From Cyclobacteriaceae bacterium (GTDB lineage Bacteria; Bacteroidota; Bacteroidia; Cytophagales; Cyclobacteriaceae): a stretch of 64,000 bases of DNA. The translations under genes were made by a program, and so were the position numbers. The stretch is taken from assembly GCA_019638275.1 (NCBI GenBank), contig JAHBUC010000005.1:111149-175148 (forward strand), given 5' to 3'. The notes below the pieces were generated by a model. It ran no database searches. It was given only the letters and a program-made list of their open reading frames with translations, and was not told where the DNA came from. Each line of letters begins with the position of its first letter. The first letter of the stretch is position 1. Shown here in pieces: positions 56,903-64,000 of the stretch.

Positions 56903-57511
56903 TTAAACTTTTCCTTTTACGATCTTACTAAAAATGAACTCAAAGTATAGTTCCAGGTATTCTTGATCATCAATCTTCTTGGAATCCTTACCTAATGTGT
57001 GTTCAAATACTTTTTTAAACTCATTTAAGAATTTAATAGTTGAGCTTGTTGCTGTGGTGTTCAATCGCTTAATGCTATTAGTTTCTAGATTTCTCCTATA
57101 CTCTGGATCTCGGATAATAAATTCATAAATTTTACCTTCACCGTAGAGGCCAAGAATATAGATAATCGTTTTTATCCACTCAGCCTTTTTTGTGATATCA
57201 TCCTTCATGGATTTTGGTGGTATATTTTTACCCAAAGTGATATATCCTTCTGGGTTTTTGTTTAAGTACTCATTTGATTGTAGAAATAATAAGGAATAAG
57301 AGATCAGTGGAAAATAGGGTCCAGTGTAGTCGATACTAAAGGAGTACATGTGAAATGGGTTTTTGTTTCTTTCATGCCTGAATGAGTACAATACACTAGA
57401 AAAATAGAGGATTCTTGAAATTGTTTGTTCTTTAATTCTTCGCCACCCCATTTCACTTGCTGATGACAACACCGATAGGATATCAAAATTAATATCGTAT
57501 ATATCAATCAT
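56903..57511 (-). CDS. 202-aa helical protein (middle component of the ATPase operon)
   Basis: Its start overlaps the ATPase stop by 4 nt, and its stop lies 3 nt before the next start. No catalytic motif. Confidence 0.55.
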   Translation of the reverse strand: MIDIYDINFDILSVLSSASEMGWRRIKEQTISRILYFSSVLYSFRHERNKNPFHMYSFSIDYTGPYFPLISYSLLFLQSNEYLNKNPEGYITLGKNIPPKSMKDDITKKAEWIKTIIYILGLYGEGKIYEFIIRDPEYRRNLETNSIKRLNTTATSSTIKFLNEFKKVFEHTLGKDSKKIDDQEYLELYFEFIFSKIVKGKV

Positions 57512-59535
57512 TGGCGTGAAATCTTTGATTTTAATTTTCTAGTCAACTGTTGCAACAAATCATTCATTCGTTTATTATCCATTTGAATTTGCGATCGCTT
57601 CCCTATTTGCAATAAATTTACGTAGTTGATACTTTCTGCCTTATCAATAATATATTGTAAAAACTCACTGTTGTTAAGATTGGAAGTAATAATAAGCGCG
57701 TTGGGTTTTTTTAAGTAATTCAAGAATACATTAGCAGCGTTTCGTTCGTAAGACATATCCAAACTACTGTCTGGGGTCTCACATATATAAAAGGATGGAG
57801 ATCTGTAAAAGAAATCGAGCAGGCTCATTCTATATGAATGATCAATGAAGAATCTCTGCGATTCTGATAATTGCATTTGATTTAGTCTTTCCTTTCCATT
57901 TATAATCGGGACAAATCGTTTCCCTAGACCATCTTTGAAATCATCATAAGTGAGTTTACAAGGAATGCCAAGAAATTTCTCAGCATATTCAGAAAATTTC
58001 TGCGATAGCTGCGTGGCAATTCTGATGTTTTCATTTTCAATTTTCTGTGAAATTCTCTCAACCTTTTCTTTTTCCTTTTTGCTGCGGGCAAGCAAGGCCG
58101 TTTTTTCACTTTCTAACTTATTAATCTCGGCTCGCATAGCATTAAACTCCACTGATCCTTTATCTTTTGTTTGCTTCTTATTCTGCGTGTGCTCAAGCGC
58201 CCACAATTCAGATTTTTTGGTAAACAAATCATTACTCAATTCTCTATATTTTTCTTCAAAAAGATCAATCCTCTCATCAATTTTACTTATTTCGGATTGT
58301 TGTTGTTGTATTTGTATACTCAGTGGCCTTAATTCTTTTTGAAGTTCTCCAAGATCAAATGATGGATTTCTTCTATAATTCAATGGTTGTTCACATACAA
58401 AACAGTGATCATCGTGAGTAGTTAATTGTTTGTGCTTTTTCTCTGGAAGCACTTTGTTACACATTGGGCAGTGACGACTAATCCTGATAAGGTCATGATG
58501 AATTTTATAAGATGGATTTACCTGTTCCCAGATCTGTTTATTTTCTTCAAACTCCGCTTTTGAAATTTTAGCTTCAATGATTTGTGCATCCTTAAGATTA
58601 CTGTTTAATTGATTGCTTAAGATGTTTCTTCTAGATGCGAGGGCTTCTTTCTGCTTATATATGGAATCCAACCCCGAGTTAAGACGTTGAATATCCTTGT
58701 TTAGTCTTGATACCTCTTTGGCTAAATCTTTGACTGATTTGCTAGCGTCATCATTAGTTTTTATTTTTTCAATAACATTCTCAATTGCACGAATGTCTTC
58801 CGATTTATGACGATATAAGCTGTCGAGATACTTTGCCTGATCCTTAGCCTTTTGACGTTCAATATCCAATTCTGGATCATTCCAATATTTACTTGATAGA
58901 TCTTCAACTATTCTTTGATCCTTATTATCATCCCAAAGAATAGTTTTATGACTTTCTTCAAATACTAATATTGTTGTAACGAAGAAAATTATATCATCAA
59001 AGCTTCCAAGATTTGCACATTTGGCGGCTTTGTCTTCAAATTTCTTTTGAAGAAATGCTTTCTTTTCTTCGTTGTCTTCTATCGCCTCATATTCTTCTTG
59101 AGTAATTATTTTCCCGGTTAAGTAGTCTGATTGGCCTTTCTCTGTAATCTTGACTTTCTCTAGAATGAAATCTTTAAGTTTTCGCGTTACTTCAAACGTA
59201 GTGTCACGAATTTTAAAAACAACAGTAATTTTAGCAGCATCATTTTTTTCATAACTAGCATCCATGCGATCTGCAAAAAAATCAGATGGATAAACTCGTC
59301 TCTTGATTATTTGACGCTCTAGATAAGTTCTGCGGTGTCCATATCGTTCAGCGTACCCACCAATTATACCGTATTTTAAGAGATTGATAAATGTTGTTTT
59401 ACCTAACCCATTTCCTCCGAAAATGATATTTACTCCATTGACAAATTTGTATTCGTAGTCAAGACCATTCGGGTAGAGGCTAAAGTCTTTAATTTTGATT
59501 GACTTCAACGTAGGTAAGAATATTTCGTTCATCAT
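57508..59535 (-). CDS. ABC/SMC-like ATPase with a long coiled-coil insert and a central four-Cys zinc ribbon
   Basis: Walker A GGNGLGKTT (K46), signature-like LSESQ, Walker B/D-loop SFYICETPDSSLD. About 300 aa of heptad-rich sequence separates the head halves. CPMC-N19-CFVC lies at aa 356-381. Confidence 0.8.
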   Translation of the reverse strand: MMNEIFLPTLKSIKIKDFSLYPNGLDYEYKFVNGVNIIFGGNGLGKTTFINLLKYGIIGGYAERYGHRRTYLERQIIKRRVYPSDFFADRMDASYEKNDAAKITVVFKIRDTTFEVTRKLKDFILEKVKITEKGQSDYLTGKIITQEEYEAIEDNEEKKAFLQKKFEDKAAKCANLGSFDDIIFFVTTILVFEESHKTILWDDNKDQRIVEDLSSKYWNDPELDIERQKAKDQAKYLDSLYRHKSEDIRAIENVIEKIKTNDDASKSVKDLAKEVSRLNKDIQRLNSGLDSIYKQKEALASRRNILSNQLNSNLKDAQIIEAKISKAEFEENKQIWEQVNPSYKIHHDLIRISRHCPMCNKVLPEKKHKQLTTHDDHCFVCEQPLNYRRNPSFDLGELQKELRPLSIQIQQQQSEISKIDERIDLFEEKYRELSNDLFTKKSELWALEHTQNKKQTKDKGSVEFNAMRAEINKLESEKTALLARSKKEKEKVERISQKIENENIRIATQLSQKFSEYAEKFLGIPCKLTYDDFKDGLGKRFVPIINGKERLNQMQLSESQRFFIDHSYRMSLLDFFYRSPSFYICETPDSSLDMSYERNAANVFLNYLKKPNALIITSNLNNSEFLQYIIDKAESINYVNLLQIGKRSQIQMDNKRMNDLLQQLTRKLKSKISRQ

Positions 59536-59734
59536 TTAAGAGAATTAGGCTTCAAGAAAGGCATTACTATCTCAATATAGTCAAGGTATGCTAATTAATA
59601 AATCAAATGCTGCATAAAAATATTTAGAGATACCAAGTCATAGCATATTTAATAGGAGTTTTTCCTACATAGGATAGAGAAATTTATATTTACCTCAGGT
59701 TGAGTAAATGTTTCTTGTAAAATATTCTTGATGA

Positions 59735-60379
59735 CTATTTTCCAGAGCTAACCTTCAACAACCCATTCCTATGAAAATACTCTACCAGCTCAATTGAATT
59801 TGAAACATTGAGCCTTTTGATTAGGCGGTGCCTGTAGGTTTCGGCAGTCCGGACAGAAATCGCAAGTTCTTCAGCGATAGATTCGCTGGAATACCCCTGA
59901 CTGAGCAGCTCGACCAGTCTTAACTCAGTCTCCGAAAAATCGAGGCCGAAAGACACTTCCTTTTTAGCATCGATATACTCGCGCATTTTTGGGCAGATAT
60001 AGCTTCTCCCCTTCATTACTGCCTGAATGGCCTTGACTAGTATCTCAGGATCGTCACCTTTAGTAACAAAGCCCTTCACACCAAGCTGAACAAGGCCATT
60101 CACCAGGGCATGACCATCAAACATGGTGTTTGCAATAATCCGGGTATTCTCATCTTGTTCTAAAAGAATTTTGGCTGTTTCATAGCCGTTAAGTTCTGGC
60201 ATTGAAATGTCAAGGAGAAACAAATCAATCGGGCACTTTTTTGCCAGGTTAATCACTTCGACACCATTCGATGCCTCGTAAACCTTGGAAGCAACCTTGG
60301 TGATTTTCAAAAAAGTAATGATGCCTTTTCTGACCAGCGCATGGTCATCGGCAACGAGAATAGTAATACGGGCAGGCAT
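59735..60379 (-). CDS. NarL/LuxR-family response regulator (no adjacent kinase)
   Basis: REC domain (ILVADDH, DLFLLDISMPELNG) plus a LuxR HTH (LSQGYSSESIAEELAISVRTAETYRHRL). Confidence 0.9.
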   Translation of the reverse strand: MPARITILVADDHALVRKGIITFLKITKVASKVYEASNGVEVINLAKKCPIDLFLLDISMPELNGYETAKILLEQDENTRIIANTMFDGHALVNGLVQLGVKGFVTKGDDPEILVKAIQAVMKGRSYICPKMREYIDAKKEVSFGLDFSETELRLVELLSQGYSSESIAEELAISVRTAETYRHRLIKRLNVSNSIELVEYFHRNGLLKVSSGK

Positions 60380-60588
60380 ATACGGGGGACGTTAAGTTTT
60401 GCCTTTATTTTTAATACCAAGGTAACAAAGATGTAAGATTTGTTCCAATTATTACAAAAGCCAAATTTAATTCTTCGAAATCAATTTGGAATCGAGGGTC
60501 ATGTCGTATTTCTACTACAAAAAATTGAGGCAATAAACTGTTTCATTTTGAAAAGCATGGTATTCGGAAAAAGCATGAAATTTTCACC

Positions 60589-61536
60589 ATGTTTTACTTA
60601 ATCCATCCCCCCATGAAATCTCGCTTCAAAAAGTATCCGCGATTAGCAGGCTCAACCCTTGTCATTCTTTTTAGCTGCATGGTAACATTCAGCGTTGCGC
60701 AAAATTATTCAGCTCCTTCTGGGGCTGGAAATTCAGGAACTGATAACGTGTCGTTAGGAACCTCAGCTGGTAGTAATGGGTCTTTCAATGTTTCTGTCGG
60801 GAAGCAAGCAGGTGATGTTGTGACGGGTAGTTACAATGCCTTCGTTGGAAATTTGGCAGGTAGAGTTAATAGTTCTGCAGGAAGCAATGCATTTTTCGGA
60901 GCCAGATCAGGGTATAGTACAACAACAGGTGGTAGTAATACATTTATTGGTGCATACGCTGGATACTCCAATGTTTCCGGAACCGGGAATATATTTATCG
61001 GTACAAATGCCGGATACTTTGAAACTGGCTCAAACAAGCTTTATATAGATAACACAAACACAGGTACCCCTTTAATTTTTGGAGATTTTAGTCTACGAAG
61101 AGTTGGGATAAATGCGCTACCAGGAAGTTATACACTCAATGTTGGGGGCAGCATTAATGCCTCAGGTACAATCAGTACAAGTGGAGCGCTGAACATTGGC
61201 GGATCGACATTACCAAGTGGTTATAAACTGGCAGTTGCAGGAAAGATCATTGCCGAAGAGGTTGTTGTAAAATTACAATCCAACTGGCCTGACTATGTTT
61301 TTGAGCCCGATTACAAACTGTTAAGCCTTGATGAACTTCGAGCTTTTATTAAACAACATAAGCATTTACCGGAAATACCATCTGCAAAGGAGGTTGAAGA
61401 AAATGGTATTGGAGTGGGTGAGATGAATGCCCTTCTACTTAAAAAAATTGAAGAGTTAACCTTGTATATTATTAAATTAAATGAGACAAATGAGTTGCTT
61501 AGACTGAGAATCGAGTTACTAGAAACTAAACAATGA
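60589..61536 (+). CDS. Secreted fibre-like repeat protein with a conserved Bacteroidetes C-terminal module
   Basis: Signal/anchor segment, then Gly/Asn/Ser-rich repeats of about 14 aa (N.F.G..AG....G). The C-terminus reads WPDYVFEPDYKLLSLDELRAFIKQHKHLPEIPSAKEVEENGIGVGEMNALLLKKIEELTLYI and ends in a coiled coil. Confidence 0.65.
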   Translation: MFYLIHPPMKSRFKKYPRLAGSTLVILFSCMVTFSVAQNYSAPSGAGNSGTDNVSLGTSAGSNGSFNVSVGKQAGDVVTGSYNAFVGNLAGRVNSSAGSNAFFGARSGYSTTTGGSNTFIGAYAGYSNVSGTGNIFIGTNAGYFETGSNKLYIDNTNTGTPLIFGDFSLRRVGINALPGSYTLNVGGSINASGTISTSGALNIGGSTLPSGYKLAVAGKIIAEEVVVKLQSNWPDYVFEPDYKLLSLDELRAFIKQHKHLPEIPSAKEVEENGIGVGEMNALLLKKIEELTLYIIKLNETNELLRLRIELLETKQ

Positions 61537-61544
61537 GTTTGAGC

Positions 61545-64000
61545 ATGAAAGCAACAACGAAATTTATTCTAATTACGCTATATCTGGTTTGTTTCCTAAA
61601 CTACACTGCTCAAGCTCAACTAGAACGATCCCACATATATCCTTCTCCAAACGTTTCGGGAGCCTTGTCGGCTGCTGCTCTCGATATGAATCATTATACA
61701 GGAACTGCCAATATTTCTATACCGCTTTACGCGGTTGCAGGAAGAGACATTTCCATCCCTGTATCATTTGATTACAGAACGACCGGGATAAAGGTACAGG
61801 ATATATCTTCTTCTGTTGGGTTAGGATGGAGTTTAAATGCCAATACCTTCGCAGTTACAAGGGTTGTAAGAGGTATTCCGGATGGCGCTAAGCCAAATTG
61901 CAGTGTTGATGGAACTGGAAAAATTACAAGGGAATCTATATGGTATAGTCACTTTGAGCATTGTGATTCAGAACGAGACATCTTTTATTTTAACCATCCC
62001 GCAGGGAATGGTAAACTGTTTATCGATGATGCAGGCCAACCTCAGACAATGCCTTACCAGGATATTGTGATTCAGCCTGGTGTTGGTAGCGCGAGCATTG
62101 GATATTGGAAAATAACGGATACTCAAGGTTTCACATACTTTTTTGGAGAGACTTCAGCGAGTCGTGAAGAAACTACTTATTCTGTGGGAAGTATATCCAC
62201 AAATACGTTCACTGACAAGTACACGTATATTTCCACCTGGTATCTAAACAAAATAGTCTCGCCAAGTGGTATTCAGATTGCTACATTTAATTATACTTCC
62301 GGAAGCAATACGACTAATTATTTACCAGGTGTAAGGGTTCTAGAGTGCCAGGCTTCTAACATACCTCACACCAGGGTAGATACCAGAATTACCTCGATCA
62401 ATCCTAAGTACATTTCTTCTATTTCGACTGAAATAGCTTCCTGTAACTTTTTTTATGACAACAATAGGCAAGACTTACAAGGTGCTTTACGCTTAACTTC
62501 GGTGTCATTTAGAGATCAATCATCCAGTATAAAGAAAAGATTTGAGCTTGAACATGGATGCTTTAATCAATATCTGGGTTTTGGGGTATGTAGGGGTCTG
62601 AAACTTATGGCACTTAAAGAAGGCATTACAAACAAAGTAACCACTAACTCCTTTTTGTATGAAGAAACTGTCGCTTTACCAGGCCCGAAGAGTTTTTATA
62701 CTGATCATTTCGGATATTTCAATGTTAATAGCACGTATGATGAAAATATTGGAGCAAGCGGTGGTTTTGGTTATTCTGATGATGCTGCTTCTATCGTTAG
62801 TGGTATTTGTACAAACGGGAGGAGTAAGGCCCCCAACTCGAATACACTAGCAGCAATACTAAAGGAAATTCAAACACATAGCGGTCAGCGAATTGTGCTG
62901 GCATATTCGGTTGATGCAGGAGCGATAATAACGAGCATTTCTTCCTTTATTGGATCATCACTTGTTTCAAGGTCAACATTTACCTATCAGGGTGAAACCT
63001 ACAGAACTCCTGTTTATCACTATTATGATGTTGAAAACTCAAATAAACTTATCAGATCCTCCAATTCATACAATGGTATTTTTGATTTAAATGGAGTAAA
63101 TCGTGCTTATAGCACTGTTACTGAAACTAAACTTGATGGATCAAAAGTCATAAGATCATTTTATAATTTTTCTGATTACCCTGATTCGATACCAACTGTA
63201 GGTAGGTATCGCGGAACGCCAGCATATGGGTTCACATATTATGGTGCTACAAATGTTGATAGCTCACCTTTTACACCCTATAGTTCAAATGCCTGGCTTA
63301 GGGGTTTACCTAAGTCTGTCACCATTAAAGACTCAGATGGTAATACTTTAAGTATACAAGAATTTACTTTTGAACCGGGCCCTATTATCTCAACAGTTTG
63401 GAACATGGCCGTTGAAGTTTATAGGACAGTACCCGGAGATTTTGGTTTTTATGTTGGTGACTATAAGGTAAAGTCTCAAATAGTTAAACTTACTGAAAGC
63501 ATCAGTTATTTATATGATCAAAATGGCTATACAACTTCGTTAGCGGACAAGACAACATACACATATCACCCAGTTCATAAAACATTCCCTTCTTCCATTA
63601 CCAGACAAGTCGGCAACGGACCAGAAGAGAAAGTAACATATAGGTATCCGACAGATGTTGCTGGAACAGGATCTCAAAATCCCGGCCCTCAGCCATTAGC
63701 TGACGGTATCAGAACATTGGTTCAACAAAAAATTATTACTCCGATTGAACAGGTCTCGTGGTTTAAGGATTATGGGGAATCTTCTTTTAAGATCACTGGC
63801 GCAAGCCTAAAGACGTTTCATAAAAATACCATACTTGGAACTCCAGCATTAAATTCTGTTTACTCCTTAGTTATCGATGCGCCCATTCAAAATCTAAATC
63901 CGGAAGCATCATTGACAAGCAATAAAACTGTTTTCTCTTTTGACGACCGGTACAGGCCATTGGAAAGTTACAATTACAATGAGTCAACTTCAACATTAAG
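61545..64000 (+). CDS. Large secreted Rhs/YD-repeat-family-like protein, N-terminal part (continues past the window)
   Basis: Hand translation: MKATTKFILITLYLVCFLNYTAQAQLERSHIYPSPNVSGALSAAALDMNHYTGTANISIPLYAVAGRDISIPVSFDYRTTGIKVQDISSSVGLGWSLNA...VVRGIPDG. This is typical of the N-terminus of Bacteroidetes Rhs/SpvB-like proteins. No ORF-track entry lies in this frame, and I checked the frame as open only over the stretches I translated (to about 62080). An alternative ATG lies at 61533. Confidence 0.65.
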   Translation, partial: MKATTKFILITLYLVCFLNYTAQAQLERSHIYPSPNVSGALSAAALDMNHYTGTANISIPLYAVAGRDISIPVSFDYRTTGIKVQDISSSVGLGWSLNANTFAVTRVVRGIPDGAKPNCSVDGTGKITRESIWYSHFEHCDSERDIFYFNHPAGNGKLFIDDAGQPQTMPYQDIVIQPGVGSASIGYWKITDTQGFTYFFGETSASREETTYSVGSISTNTFTDKYTYISTWYLNKIVSPSGIQIATFNYTSGSNTTNYLPGVRVLECQASNIPHTRVDTRITSINPKYISSISTEIASCNFFYDNNRQDLQGALRLTSVSFRDQSSSIKKRFELEHGCFNQYLGFGVCRGLKLMALKEGITNKVTTNSFLYEETVALPGPKSFYTDHFGYFNVNSTYDENIGASGGFGYSDDAASIVSGICTNGRSKAPNSNTLAAILKEIQTHSGQRIVLAYSVDAGAIITSISSFIGSSLVSRSTFTYQGETYRTPVYHYYDVENSNKLIRSSNSYNGIFDLNGVNRAYSTVTETKLDGSKVIRSFYNFSDYPDSIPTVGRYRGTPAYGFTYYGATNVDSSPFTPYSSNAWLRGLPKSVTIKDSDGNTLSIQEFTFEPGPIISTVWNMAVEVYRTVPGDFGFYVGDYKVKSQIVKLTESISYLYDQNGYTTSLADKTTYTYHPVHKTFPSSITRQVGNGPEEKVTYRYPTDVAGTGSQNPGPQPLADGIRTLVQQKIITPIEQVSWFKDYGESSFKITGASLKTFHKNTILGTPALNSVYSLVIDAPIQNLNPEASLTSNKTVFSFDDRYRPLESYNYNESTSTL

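Larger units (their letters stand above)
45533..59683. mobile_element. Candidate full extent of a Tn7-like element (bounded by an imperfect inverted repeat)
   Basis: atttctctttccatttaggac (45533-45553) matches the reverse complement of ttcctacataggatagagaaat (59662-59683) at 19 of 21 positions with one indel. Composition becomes AT-richer between these points, and tnsABC lies inside. The true termini and target-site duplication were not identified. Confidence 0.3.

Noticed and set aside
57950-58342. A 130-aa plus-strand ORF, and small minus-strand ORFs, inside the ATPase gene.
   Set aside because: They lie antisense to, or out of frame with, the coiled-coil region. The translation is low-complexity Ser/Leu/Phe/Cys-rich, typical of the reverse frame of Lys/Glu-rich coiled coils.
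1-64000. A search for tRNA, rRNA, tmRNA, riboswitches, retron or DGR elements in the intergenic regions.
   Set aside because: No cloverleaf-like or rRNA-like sequence and no reverse-transcriptase ORF was recognised by eye. This is a weak negative and should be confirmed with tRNAscan-SE and Infernal.

Overview
This window looks like a chromosomal segment of a Bacteroidota genome. The evidence is Bacteroidetes-type TTTG / TAnnTTTG promoter motifs, an nqr operon and abundant REP-like hairpin repeats. The housekeeping backbone holds recA (partial), a two-component pair, rplM-rpsI-rpsB-tsf, arfB, an SDR/phosphotransferase/acyl-CoA dehydrogenase cluster, a MATE pump, cmk, nqrABCDE, mnmA and a TlpA-like oxidoreductase. 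Two regions that are AT-richer by eye interrupt it.

Island 1 (~23.0-32.6 kb) has no integrase. It carries two paralogous cytoplasmic trypsin-fold peptidase genes: one is split by an in-frame TAG, the other fuses a Ser-to-Glu pseudo-protease domain to an intact protease domain. It also carries small coupled membrane ORFs, secreted and lipoprotein genes, a Bro-N gene and an AbiEi/AbiEii toxin-antitoxin pair.

Island 2 (~45.5-59.7 kb) is built around a Tn7-like tnsA-tnsB-tnsC core with no recognisable TniQ/TnsD. Its other genes are:
- a divergent three-gene operon ending in an ImmA/IrrE metallopeptidase;
- a GHKL (SpoIIAB-like) ATPase gene;
- an orphan DUF2384-type antitoxin gene;
- a small regulator plus an SPPY DNA methyltransferase.

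Convergent on the methyltransferase is the most interesting feature in the window. It is a tightly packed three-gene operon encoding a coiled-coil ABC/SMC-like ATPase with a CxxC-N19-CxxC apex, a 202-aa helical protein and a PD-(D/E)xK-motif protein. The architecture resembles ABC-3C or Lamassu systems, but I cannot assign it to a family.

The right end of the window holds an orphan LuxR-type response regulator, a fibre-like repeat protein and the start of an Rhs/YD-type giant protein. I recognised no rRNA, tRNA or CRISPR array. All calls come from reading the translations and the sequence; no database search was run.
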